A stretch of DNA of 64,000 nucleotides from Treponemataceae bacterium. Lineage in GTDB: Bacteria; Spirochaetota; Spirochaetia; Treponematales; Rectinemataceae. Position numbers and translations under genes: made by a program. The stretch is from NCBI GenBank assembly GCA_963667725.2, contig CAXXHO010000005.1:928001-992000 (forward strand), given 5' to 3'. Below are positions 33,453 to 43,134 of the stretch, piece by piece. The notes below the pieces were generated by a model. The model did not search any database and was not told the DNA's origin. It saw only the letters and a program-made list of their open reading frames with translations. Numbering within the stretch: the first letter of the stretch is position 1; each line of letters begins with the position of its first letter.

Positions 33453-34544
33453 TCAGTACCTGTAGGGAGCTCCCGCTTTCTTCATGGTCGCGTCGTATTT
33501 TTTCAGTATTTCGACGACTTTGGCGTTCCGCGGGCTCTTCTTCGCGGCCTCGTCCCAGAATTTCAACGCGGCATCCTCCACAACCTTCCATTCCTTGTCG
33601 GGAATGGTCGTCAGTTCGAGCTTTCCGCCATTGACGCGGAAGTTGGCCTCGCCGTACCAGTACCAGTGGAGTCTGTAATAGTGCGACTTGTCGATCGCGA
33701 GCCTCACCAGCTGCTGCAGGTGGGGAGGGATCTTGTTCCAGGCGTCCGTATTGACGAACCAGCCGCCGGACCAGGCGCCCGAGATCGGGTTCGTCAGGTA
33801 ATACTTCGTCACATCGGCCCAGCCGACCGTGTAGTCTTCGGTGATGCCCGACCAGGCGACGCCGTCGAGCATGCCGGTCTGCAGCGCCATCTCCACGTCC
33901 TCATAGGGCATGACGACGGGCACCACGCCGAACTGCTGCATGAACTGTCCGCCCGTGGGGAACATGTACATCCTCAGGCCTTTGAAGTCCTTGATCGACC
34001 GGATGGGTTTTGTCGTGGCGAAGTTGCATGGATCCCAGCTTCCCTGGCTCAGCCATGTCACGCCCTTTACCTCATCATAGGCTTCCTTCCATATCTCGTT
34101 CAGCCCATACCAGTTCCAGAGGACGTTGACGTCGAGGCCGTACCTGGCGGCGAGCGGGAAGTAGGCGCCGAAAATCCGCACATCGACGGGGGAGGCCATC
34201 GAGTCGTCGTCGCTGACTGCCATGTCGACCGTGCCTTCCTGCAAGGCTCTGAAAAGCTCGCCATGCGGAACGAGCTGGTCAGCCGTGTAAACCTCTATCA
34301 CCATCTCGCCGTTGGCGGCGATATTGAACTCGTCAATGGCGTTCTTGACCACATGGTCATTCAGGGCAGGTCCGGCGTATGACTGGAGCCTCCACTTGAT
34401 GACGTCTTTTTTGGCTTCTCCCTGGGCCGGGCCTTCTGCGACTTTTTCCTTCGCGCTGCAGGCGCCCAGGAACAAAGCGCATCCCACTACAATTGTCATG
34501 AGGATCAGGAATTTCGTATGCTTTCCCTTGACTCCAGATTTCAT
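33453..34544 (-). CDS. dctP: TRAP substrate-binding lipoprotein
   Basis: Lipobox LGAC; KWRLQS, DFKGLRM and ALQTGMLDG; ATG 34544 has a GGGGG RBS. Confidence 0.88.
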   Translation of the reverse strand: MKSGVKGKHTKFLILMTIVVGCALFLGACSAKEKVAEGPAQGEAKKDVIKWRLQSYAGPALNDHVVKNAIDEFNIAANGEMVIEVYTADQLVPHGELFRALQEGTVDMAVSDDDSMASPVDVRIFGAYFPLAARYGLDVNVLWNWYGLNEIWKEAYDEVKGVTWLSQGSWDPCNFATTKPIRSIKDFKGLRMYMFPTGGQFMQQFGVVPVVMPYEDVEMALQTGMLDGVAWSGITEDYTVGWADVTKYYLTNPISGAWSGGWFVNTDAWNKIPPHLQQLVRLAIDKSHYYRLHWYWYGEANFRVNGGKLELTTIPDKEWKVVEDAALKFWDEAAKKSPRNAKVVEILKKYDATMKKAGAPYRY

Positions 34545-34904
34545 AGCGCCCCCTTGTGAGGTGAACCAGGCTTGTATACAGGAAAACCTGTAACAGCTAA
34601 CTCTTAGCCGATATTTTGCGTTCGTCAAGGATATTTTTTTAAATTCGTCAAAAATAATTGCATTTTTTATTCAAGTGGAACAAATTATGCACTTTATGCG
34701 CCGCGGACGCGGATCCGGCGGTTCGGTATTATAATTTTACAAAATAAATATTTGTTGACAACAGCGGATATGTCGGCATATTCTTGAACATCATTATCAT
34801 GTATGCCTGCGGCGCGTTTCTCCGCTTGCGTATGGCATCAGCCGTATATGACAGCTTATTAGCGAAAGCACGCCGTTGGCCGACATCGATGGGGAAGGAA
34901 GGCC

Positions 34905-35474
34905 ATGCCAAGCAAGAAAGAAGATGTCATGAGTGGTGTGTCGGGACCGGATGGCAAGATGACGGCGCAATGCCGCGAAATACGCATCCGCGTCAATGGC
35001 TCGTGGCGAAGCTTCAAACTTGAGGGCGACCTCGACAACGCCACGACGCTCTCCTACCTGCTGCGGGAAAAGCTTGGATATACGGGACTCAAGGTTTCCT
35101 GCGACGAGGGCGCCTGCGGCGCCTGTACCGTCATCATGGGCGATACGGCCGTGCTCTCGTGCATGGTGCTGGCCATCGAGGCCGACGGCAAGGAAGTCCT
35201 GACGATCGAAGGTCTTCCCAAAGATGATCCCGTCGTCGAAGCCTTCGCCGAACAGTCAGAACCGGGCTACGGCACCGCCATGCAGTGCGGCTACTGCACT
35301 CCCGGCTTCGTCATGACATCGAGAGCCCTCCTCAACGCCAACCCCACCCCGACGCTTGCCGAGGTGAAGGATGCCCTGGCAGGCAATATCTGCCGCTGCG
35401 GCTGCTACGCCGGAATCGCGCAGGCAGTGATGCGCGCCTCCGAGAAGATCGTGGCCAGAAGGAGCGTCAAATGA
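34905..35474 (+). CDS. XDH-family small subunit, 2x[2Fe-2S]
   Basis: CDEGACGAC...SC and QCGYCTPG...CRC. Confidence 0.93.
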   Translation: MPSKKEDVMSGVSGPDGKMTAQCREIRIRVNGSWRSFKLEGDLDNATTLSYLLREKLGYTGLKVSCDEGACGACTVIMGDTAVLSCMVLAIEADGKEVLTIEGLPKDDPVVEAFAEQSEPGYGTAMQCGYCTPGFVMTSRALLNANPTPTLAEVKDALAGNICRCGCYAGIAQAVMRASEKIVARRSVK

Positions 35475-37828
35475 TCGAACGATACAAGCCGCGCGTCCAG
35501 CGCAAGTTCGTGGGAGGCTACAGGCCCAAGCTCGATGGCCCGGACAAGGCCTCGGGTCGCGCCCAATACGCCGACGACATGACGCTGAAATCCCGCTTTC
35601 CCGATATGCTCTACGCGAAGATTCTGCGCAGCCCCTATCCGAGCGCGCGCATAAAGAAATTCGACAAGAGCAAGGCCGAAGCCCTGCCGGGCGTCGTCAC
35701 CGTGATGACCTACCAGGACCCGGAGTTCACCTCCCTGAAACTGACCAACGCCGGATGGACGGACTGCGTGGATACCGTCACCTGGGACAGGATGATGTTT
35801 CCCTTCCGCGACAGGCGCGTCTTGGGCGAATACGGGTGTTGGGCTGGCGACGAGATGGGTATCGCCGTTGCCGCCGAAACCGAGGAGATCGCCGAAGAGG
35901 CCTTGAAGTTGATCGACATCGAATGGGAAACGCGGCCCTTTGTCCTCGACCCGATAGAGGCTATGGGCAATAACGCCCCTCTCGTCCATCCGGACCTCAC
36001 CGACTCCAACATCCTCGCGCCCGACCCGACGGGCGGCCCCGACGTCTTCGAAAATCGCGGCGATGTCGACAAGGCCTTCAAGGACGTCGATGTCATCGTC
36101 GAGGGCAGTTCGACCTTCCACAACGCTACCCAGTGTTCTATGGACAACTGGTGCTGTGTCATGCAATGGAAGGAAGACCAGCTCACGGCATGGTCCAATA
36201 CATACGCCGCCGATCAGCTCCGCATGCATATAAGCGAGATGCTCGGACTGCCTCTCCATAAGATACGCGCTATCGCCTCCTATGTCGGCGGTCAGTTTGG
36301 CCGCGGCGATACAGGCGATCAGCCCTTCTTCCTCGTCACCAGCCTCCTCGCCATGAAGACGGGGCGACCGGTTAAATACAGGCATACTAGGCATCAGAGT
36401 TTCCTCAATACCAGGCAACCCGCCATCTACGATTTCAAGGCCGGGCTGAAGAAGGACGGAACCCTCGCGGCCCTCTACACGAAGGCGATCGGCAATGTCG
36501 GCGCCTATGCCGATCTTTCCATGTTCGCCCTCAAGTTCGTGCCCAAGGAATTGGCCGAAGTCTTCCTGGCCCACGTCCCCAACCTAAAGATGGAAGCCTA
36601 TGGGGTGTACGCCAACGTTATCCCCGGCTGCATGATGCGCGGCGTCGGCAACTCCCAGTTCAACCTCATCTTCGCCCATATGATAGACGCCTGCGCCGAA
36701 AAGCTGGGCATGGATCCGATGGACTTCTGCATCAAGAATTTCGCCACCGAGTGGGAGAAATTGCCTTCCGACAGCCTCATCGAAGTGCTGAAGGTGGGGG
36801 CGAAACGCCTGGGCTGGAAGGAAAAGCGACACGCCCCCGGCAAGGGAGCGTTGATCGATGGCGTGAAGAAGCGAGGGGTTGGCTTCTCCTGCCATCCCTC
36901 CTGGCACGCGGAGTGGCAGGAAAAGCGGCGCGGCAAGGTTCAGGTCAACCTGACGCTCAATCCGGACTGCACCATCCTCCTCAACGCCGCCACCATCGAA
37001 GTGGGCGGCGGCTCCAACACCTGCAACGTCCTTGGCTGCGCCGAAGCCCTGAGCTTCCTCGGCATCGGCGTCGAGGATATCTATTGGACACCGATCGTGG
37101 ACACGAAGGACGGCATCAAGGACTGTGTCCAGACCGACAGCGCCGTGTCCTTCCTGCAGTCGGAAGTCATGATCGATTCGGCCAAGGAACTCAAGGAAAA
37201 ACTCAAAGTAGCCGGCGCCGAAATACTGAAGATTCCGGCCGCGGACCTGGATTTCGCCGACGGCAAGGTCATCGTCGCGTCGAAACCTTCCTTCAAAATG
37301 ACGATCAAGGAAATGCTGCGCAAGGGTGACAACGCCCCCATCACCGTGGCCAAGAGCCGCTCGCCTGACGTGAAACTGACCGGCGTACCTTTCTTTGCCA
37401 ACTTCGCCGAGGTCGAGGTGGACACGAGCACGGGCAAGGTCGACGTGCAAAAACTGGTCGTCGTCAACGACTGCGGCACCGTCATGTACGCCTCGGGCGC
37501 CGAGTCGCAGCAGATCGGCGGCCAGTGCATGGGCATGGGCGAGGCTTTGACCGAAGAGATCATCTACGACAAGGCCACGGGCATCCCGCTCAATTTCAAC
37601 TGGGTGGACTACACCATTCCGACCATGGCAGACATGCCGGAAATAGAGCCAGTGCTCCTCGAGGTATGGAAGGGAGTGGGCGAATATGGCGCCTGCGGAA
37701 TAGGAGAAGGCACGGTTTCATGCACGCCGGGAGCCATCGCGAACGCGATCTACAACGCCATTGGGGTCAGGGTGAACGACATTCCGATTAAACCGGAAAA
37801 GATCCTGAAAGCCTTGGGAAAGGACTGA
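35471..37828 (+). CDS. XDH-family molybdopterin-binding large subunit
   Basis: DGPDKASGRAQYADD, LRSPYPSA, VGGQFG, MRGVG, EVEVDTSTG and GIGE; start ATG 35471 overlaps the upstream stop. Confidence 0.9.
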   Translation: MIERYKPRVQRKFVGGYRPKLDGPDKASGRAQYADDMTLKSRFPDMLYAKILRSPYPSARIKKFDKSKAEALPGVVTVMTYQDPEFTSLKLTNAGWTDCVDTVTWDRMMFPFRDRRVLGEYGCWAGDEMGIAVAAETEEIAEEALKLIDIEWETRPFVLDPIEAMGNNAPLVHPDLTDSNILAPDPTGGPDVFENRGDVDKAFKDVDVIVEGSSTFHNATQCSMDNWCCVMQWKEDQLTAWSNTYAADQLRMHISEMLGLPLHKIRAIASYVGGQFGRGDTGDQPFFLVTSLLAMKTGRPVKYRHTRHQSFLNTRQPAIYDFKAGLKKDGTLAALYTKAIGNVGAYADLSMFALKFVPKELAEVFLAHVPNLKMEAYGVYANVIPGCMMRGVGNSQFNLIFAHMIDACAEKLGMDPMDFCIKNFATEWEKLPSDSLIEVLKVGAKRLGWKEKRHAPGKGALIDGVKKRGVGFSCHPSWHAEWQEKRRGKVQVNLTLNPDCTILLNAATIEVGGGSNTCNVLGCAEALSFLGIGVEDIYWTPIVDTKDGIKDCVQTDSAVSFLQSEVMIDSAKELKEKLKVAGAEILKIPAADLDFADGKVIVASKPSFKMTIKEMLRKGDNAPITVAKSRSPDVKLTGVPFFANFAEVEVDTSTGKVDVQKLVVVNDCGTVMYASGAESQQIGGQCMGMGEALTEEIIYDKATGIPLNFNWVDYTIPTMADMPEIEPVLLEVWKGVGEYGACGIGEGTVSCTPGAIANAIYNAIGVRVNDIPIKPEKILKALGKD

Positions 37829-37838
37829 GGGGATAGCC

Positions 37839-40235
37839 ATGGGAATGCACAAATTTGATCATATCGCGGCGAAATCGCTCGATGATGCGGTGACGCAGAT
37901 CGGCAAGTATCGCAAGACTGCGGTCGTGGTGGCGGGCGGGACTGATATCCTCGGAATACTGAAGGACGAGGTCCATCCGGTATATCCCAAAGTCCTCGTG
38001 GACATAAAAACCATCGAAGGGCTCTCGTACATCCGCGAGGAAGCGGGCGGCTTGAAGATTGGGGCGCTCACCACCCTCTCCGAGATAACCAAAAACGGGA
38101 CGGTCAGGAAGAAGTATCCCTTGCTCGCCGAGGCGGCGCACGCGGTAGCCTCGCCGCAGCTGAGGAATATGGGCACCATCGGCGGCAACCTCTGCCAGGA
38201 ACCGCGCTGTTGGTACTATAGAGGACTCGACAACAGCTTCCACTGCCTCAGGAAGGGCGGAGATCACTGCCCGGCCCTGACCGGCGAAAACCGCTACCAT
38301 TCCATATTCGGCTCCATGCGGGTAGGCAGGCCGGGCTGTTCCTCTGAGTGCCCGGACAATATCGACATACCCCGCTACATGGAAAGGATCCGCGCCGGCG
38401 AGATAGCCGAAGCGGGGCGCATCATCCTGGAGAACAACCCGATGCCGGCCGTCACGGGTCGCGTCTGCCCGCATTTCTGCGAGCAGGGCTGCAACCGCGG
38501 CGAACAGGACAGCGCCGTCTCCATCAGGGCGGTGGAACGCCGCGTGGGCGATTACATCCTCGAGAATAAGAAGAAATACCAGAAGGCTCCCGCCAAGGAG
38601 AACGGCAAGAAGATTGCGATCATCGGGGGCGGACCGGCTGGTCTCTCCTGCGCCTTCTTCCTTAGGCTCAAGGGCTTCGGCGTCGTGATCTACGACAAAC
38701 AGCCCAAGCTCGGCGGAATGCTGCGCTACGGCATCCCCGATTTCAGGCTTTCCCCGGGCGTGCTGGACAGCGAGATAGATTTCATTCTCTCGCACGGCAT
38801 CGTCGCGAAGACAGGCCAGCAGCTCGGTAAGGATTTTACGCTCGACAGTCTCAGAAAGGAAGGTTTCAGCGCCGTCTTCCTCGCGATGGGATCCTGGCGC
38901 GCCAAGGGTATGGGCGTCGAGAACGAAAAGCATCCGAACATCCTCCCCGGCATTTCCTTCCTCGAAGGCGTCAAGTGGAACGGACCGCCCGCGATGAACG
39001 GCACCGTCGCCGTCGTCGGCGGCGGCAACACGGCCATCGACGCCGCGAGGACAGCGCTCCGCTGCGGGGCGAAGAAAGTCGTCCTCCTCTATCGCAGGAC
39101 GCGATCCGAGATGCCCGCCGAAGACGAAGAAATCGAGGACGCGATCAAGGAAGGCATCGAGCTCCAGTTCCTCGTCGCCCCAAAGAAAGTCGTGCTGGGA
39201 GGCGCGAAACTAGAAGGCCTCGAATGCTGCAAGATGCAGCTCGGTGAGCCTGACGCCTCCGGGCGGCCGCGTCCCGTCGAGATAAAGGGGAGCGATTTCC
39301 TCTTTAAGGCCGACTGGGTGGTTTCGGCCATCGGCCAGGACCAGAACCTGTTGGGTCTCGACAATACGTCCTATGGCGCCATCGCGCTGACCAAAGGCAA
39401 CGGCATCGATGCCGACCCCGAAACCTATCAGACGAGCGCGGCGGGAGTATTCGCCGGCGGCGATGTCGCGACAGGACCGGCCACGGTGGTGGAAGCCCTC
39501 GCCGCGGGCAGGAAAACGGCGGATTCGATAGAGGTTTACCTCGCCGGCGGCGCTTTGAAGAAAGCCGCTGAGGGGCCCGGAAGCGCGGGAAAACTCAGGC
39601 CGATCAACGACAAGGCGCTCAAGCCTTCGGAGCGGGCAAGCGTCAGGGAGCTGGATCCCTGCGATCGCTGCATGGACAAGGAAGACTACGCGACGCTCGA
39701 GGACGGCAAGGTGAGCATGGAAGCCCATCGCTGCCTCGACTGCAGCTGTGTGGCCGTCAACGCTTCCGATGTCGCTCCGGCGTTGATCGCGCTGGGGGCG
39801 ACGATCAAAACGACCAAGAGAAGCATCGCGGCCGAGGACTTCTATACCGTAGGGCTGATGACCACCACGGTGCTTGCCGTCGATGAACTCGTGACGGAAA
39901 TCTCCATACCGGCGCCCAAGGCCGGAACAAAATTCAGCTTCCAGAAATTCAGGGTGCGCAATTCCATAGATTTCCCGATCGTGAGCGTCGCCTCCGCCCT
40001 GGACTTCGAGAATGGAAAAATCAGCGGCGCCAGGATAGTGTTCGGCGCTGTCGCGCCCATCCCGCTAAGAGCCGTGAATGTCGAGGAAATCCTCATCGGG
40101 AAGACGGCGAGCGAAGAGACGGCGGAGATCGCGGGCGAGATCGGGGCGAAACAGGTGTTCCCGCTGGAGAGAAACCGGTATAAGGTGCAGATTCTGAAGG
40201 GACTTTTGCGCAAGGCCATAGTGGCGAGCAAATAA
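37839..40235 (+). CDS. XDH-family FAD subunit (PaoB/HcrB type) with an internal GltD-like Fe-S/FAD/NAD(P)H module
   Basis: AGGTD, ASPQLRNMGTIGGNLCQEPRC; insert with CSSECP, GRVCPHFCEQGC, GGGPAG, GGGNTAID and EAHRCLDC; then CVAVNASD, RNSIDF and GAVAPIP. Confidence 0.9.
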   Translation: MGMHKFDHIAAKSLDDAVTQIGKYRKTAVVVAGGTDILGILKDEVHPVYPKVLVDIKTIEGLSYIREEAGGLKIGALTTLSEITKNGTVRKKYPLLAEAAHAVASPQLRNMGTIGGNLCQEPRCWYYRGLDNSFHCLRKGGDHCPALTGENRYHSIFGSMRVGRPGCSSECPDNIDIPRYMERIRAGEIAEAGRIILENNPMPAVTGRVCPHFCEQGCNRGEQDSAVSIRAVERRVGDYILENKKKYQKAPAKENGKKIAIIGGGPAGLSCAFFLRLKGFGVVIYDKQPKLGGMLRYGIPDFRLSPGVLDSEIDFILSHGIVAKTGQQLGKDFTLDSLRKEGFSAVFLAMGSWRAKGMGVENEKHPNILPGISFLEGVKWNGPPAMNGTVAVVGGGNTAIDAARTALRCGAKKVVLLYRRTRSEMPAEDEEIEDAIKEGIELQFLVAPKKVVLGGAKLEGLECCKMQLGEPDASGRPRPVEIKGSDFLFKADWVVSAIGQDQNLLGLDNTSYGAIALTKGNGIDADPETYQTSAAGVFAGGDVATGPATVVEALAAGRKTADSIEVYLAGGALKKAAEGPGSAGKLRPINDKALKPSERASVRELDPCDRCMDKEDYATLEDGKVSMEAHRCLDCSCVAVNASDVAPALIALGATIKTTKRSIAAEDFYTVGLMTTTVLAVDELVTEISIPAPKAGTKFSFQKFRVRNSIDFPIVSVASALDFENGKISGARIVFGAVAPIPLRAVNVEEILIGKTASEETAEIAGEIGAKQVFPLERNRYKVQILKGLLRKAIVASK

Positions 40236-40245
40236 GCGGGGCGGG

Positions 40246-40283
40246 AAAAGGGGCTGTTTATTTTAAACTTAGTAGACAGCCCC
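40246..40283 (-). terminator. Probable terminator between convergent genes
   Basis: GGGGCTGTTTA...TAGACAGCCCC stem preceded by AAAA. Confidence 0.6.
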
Positions 40284-40320
40284 CGAAGCCCTTCTTTATC
40301 GTTTTCCGGGCCGCATCGGC

Positions 40321-43038
40321 CTAACTCCGCATTTTTCGCGAATCCAGCCAGCTCCGAAGCGGCGGCAGCGATTCCGCCACCAATCCGACCAGGTCGGTTC
40401 CCATATCCTCGTCGTATCGCGAAAGAATGAAACCGGTGAGTTCCTCGTCAAGCTTGGGCCGATCCAGAGCGCCCAGAAAATCGCCGAGAGATCGCGTTGG
40501 CGCCCTGTCTTCGCCGTTTCGCGTCAGCGCCGCGCCCCTACCGCCCCATAGCCTCGAAACGGGAGAATTCGACAGCTCGAAAAGCGAGATGAGCGAATTC
40601 CTTGTGCGAGGTTCTTCGCGGTAGAGGTAGAGGAGATCGAGAATGGCTATGTATTTCTCCTCTCCCTCGTTTTCTATGATCCTCGGTATGATTTCCTCGA
40701 TATTATGCCTGCGCAGCCTCAGAACGGCCATGTATTTCCCGCCGCCCTCGATGAATCCGGCGACGAAGTCCGACCAGATCTTCGTCTGGACGATGCTGGG
40801 TATTTTCAGCATATTGCCGAGCGGGGCGAAAACGGCCGCGAAGGGCCACGCTATCACGCTGCGGAAGAAGTTCGCGCGCACAACTTTTTTATCGAAGCCG
40901 CGCAACGTGTTGTGAGCGGCGAGGTACAGTCCGTTCGCGAACGAGATGACGAAAAACTTGGCCAGGTTGAAAAACATGCCGTCCTGCGCCCATGGCCATA
41001 CGATATCGAAATTCGACTTGACGAATCCGAGGATGGGCACCGAAAAGCCAGTCCAGAACAAGGATTGGGCGACATTGTCGAAATTGATGCTTTTCAGTTT
41101 CCATTCGCTGAGCCGACCGCCTCGGTTCGACACGAGGTCGGCGACGCTGTTCCTGAAACCGGTGATGCCCAGCCAGAGCAGCGCGTACGACCAGCCTATG
41201 AAATGATTGGCCACGATGAAACCGATAAAGGCGTAAAGATAATTCTTCACGGATGGGTTGAGATAGCGCCATACTTTTTGGGGCGGTATGAAAGCGGTTT
41301 CGGCCGACGAACCGTCGCCTACGCCGCCCCACTCCGAAAGCTTGCCCAGGCAGACGATGGGCGATACCGAACTTGCGTCGGATTCCCGGACCGGCCTTCC
41401 TTCCGCGTCGATCATGGCCGAGATGAAGGGCGTGAGCGCAATGTGCCGCGAGAGGAAATTTCCTTTGCGCGAACCGAGGATCCTGTCTTCCCGGGTAAAC
41501 CCCATGCCGGGTATTTTCGGATGCCGGCCGGTGGAATCGCTTCCGCATACGGGGATGTAAGGAGCCGTGCCTTCTTTTAGCGCGCGTTCATTGAGCGCGT
41601 TGATGTGGCCGGCGAAGCTTCGCATTTCTTCCGGACCGCGGCTTACGCAGTCCTGGATATTGTAAAGTTCGACGAGATCGATGACGCCGCGGTATTCCGT
41701 CAATACTTCGACCGCCTTCTCTACGCCATGCTCCAGCGGATGGAGCATTTTAAGCCTGCATCCCGCCGTCGAAAGCATCGATTTTACCGCCGCTATATCG
41801 TCGAAGGCGGACTGGTAGTCGATCAGGGAGGGGCCGTCGAAGTACTGCTTGAGGAGGCTGTCCGGCGACATGCCCTTGAAGGTCTTTTTCAGGTCTGAAT
41901 ATGCTTCATCAATGGCGCGGTACTCGGCTTCCGTGCCGCGTTCGCGTTTCCATTCGTCCTGGGCCTTGCTTTTCCGCACTTTAAGCAGAAGAAGTCTGTT
42001 GAACATGACCGGTCTCAGCGTGCTGTAAAGGAATTCCGCCAGATGGATGCGATTGATGCTCATCGTGGGAATGAAAGCGTTCAACGCTTCAAAGGTCAGT
42101 TCCGGAACCGTGTAGAGCGGTTCGTCCGGGAACCCGCCGTTCAGGGCTTCGAGCGAGGCGGCGTTGAATTCCTGCAGCACCCCGCGCACCGCCTCTACTC
42201 GATTGTTCTGGTTTTTCTCGAGATCGGCGAAAAAATCACGAAGGGCATCGGCATTCGTCCGGAAAAAGGCCCTGGCGTCGGCCGGCGTCCTCATCCGGGG
42301 CAGGATCGCCATGAAATGGAAACGGCGGCCTTGGACGGCCATGCTGAACTCGAAGCCGATGTTGATTCTGATGCCGATGATCCGTCCCGCCTCCAGGACT
42401 TCTTCCATCATCTCGATGTCGGAGGGAGAGCCGTAGGCCACTGTAAGCTCGGAAATGCCTTTTATGAAGGCGTCGATAATGAGCTGAGTGGGATTTTTCC
42501 GGCCCGAGGTGGCCGTGTCGTGGACATGGTCGTCCCAGCCGTAATTAAAATCCTCGAGCCTTGTCCCGTTTTCCGGTAGGAGAACGATATTGAGCTCATC
42601 GCAGAGCCTCTGGATTACCTGTTTCTGGCCATGCGTGGATATGGAAAAATCGTGGAGCAGCTCCAGCTGCCGTCTTTTGTTCTGCCTGTTCTTCACCGCT
42701 TCCTTCATGAGCGCCATCTGGACGCGGGCGGTGTTGAGGGGCAGGTCGAGGCTTTTCGAGTTGAAGGACGCGTCGACGAGGACGCGAAGGGCTTCGAGCC
42801 TCGAGCGGGAATGCCTCGAATCGAGGTTTGAAACGACCATAAGGTAGGACTCAGCGATCGAAATCCTCCGGTGCGAAAACCAGCGGTTTACGCACCGGAC
42901 ACTGGAGGAGGGAGCGGCGATGCTGTCAGGGCTGTCTATTTTGGCGTTCAGCTCGCGCCGCATCTTGCGTAGCTCGGCGGAAAAGCTGAGAGAACCGATA
43001 GCCGATTTATAGACTCTCTGGACGGCTGATTTCTTCAT
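40321..43038 (-). CDS. 905-aa hypothetical protein: PHP-like metal-binding region plus C-terminal membrane region
   Basis: DDHVHD..SG, GFEFS, VELYN and CGSDS occur in PHP-fold order; several hydrophobic segments in the last third. Confidence 0.6.
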   Translation of the reverse strand: MKKSAVQRVYKSAIGSLSFSAELRKMRRELNAKIDSPDSIAAPSSSVRCVNRWFSHRRISIAESYLMVVSNLDSRHSRSRLEALRVLVDASFNSKSLDLPLNTARVQMALMKEAVKNRQNKRRQLELLHDFSISTHGQKQVIQRLCDELNIVLLPENGTRLEDFNYGWDDHVHDTATSGRKNPTQLIIDAFIKGISELTVAYGSPSDIEMMEEVLEAGRIIGIRINIGFEFSMAVQGRRFHFMAILPRMRTPADARAFFRTNADALRDFFADLEKNQNNRVEAVRGVLQEFNAASLEALNGGFPDEPLYTVPELTFEALNAFIPTMSINRIHLAEFLYSTLRPVMFNRLLLLKVRKSKAQDEWKRERGTEAEYRAIDEAYSDLKKTFKGMSPDSLLKQYFDGPSLIDYQSAFDDIAAVKSMLSTAGCRLKMLHPLEHGVEKAVEVLTEYRGVIDLVELYNIQDCVSRGPEEMRSFAGHINALNERALKEGTAPYIPVCGSDSTGRHPKIPGMGFTREDRILGSRKGNFLSRHIALTPFISAMIDAEGRPVRESDASSVSPIVCLGKLSEWGGVGDGSSAETAFIPPQKVWRYLNPSVKNYLYAFIGFIVANHFIGWSYALLWLGITGFRNSVADLVSNRGGRLSEWKLKSINFDNVAQSLFWTGFSVPILGFVKSNFDIVWPWAQDGMFFNLAKFFVISFANGLYLAAHNTLRGFDKKVVRANFFRSVIAWPFAAVFAPLGNMLKIPSIVQTKIWSDFVAGFIEGGGKYMAVLRLRRHNIEEIIPRIIENEGEEKYIAILDLLYLYREEPRTRNSLISLFELSNSPVSRLWGGRGAALTRNGEDRAPTRSLGDFLGALDRPKLDEELTGFILSRYDEDMGTDLVGLVAESLPPLRSWLDSRKMRS

Positions 43039-43134
43039 CTATTCCTATCCCCATCATGATAAGCGAAGGGATAGTGTAGAATTCGCGCGACGGATGGTCA
43101 ACCGGATGCGTTATCCGACCTGGCGCGAAATGCG

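Noticed and set aside
34803..34870. Second Moco-like RNA or ModE box upstream of the XDH genes (CCU...UAUGG, GCGAAAGC, CGTATATG-N6-TATTAGCG)
   Set aside because: Lacks the P4/P5 CCUCCCG...GGAAAG core, and the ModE match is mis-spaced
35285..35470. N-terminal extension of the Mo subunit in the ORF track
   Set aside because: Overlaps the 2Fe-2S gene in another frame; ATG 35471 has an AGGAG RBS
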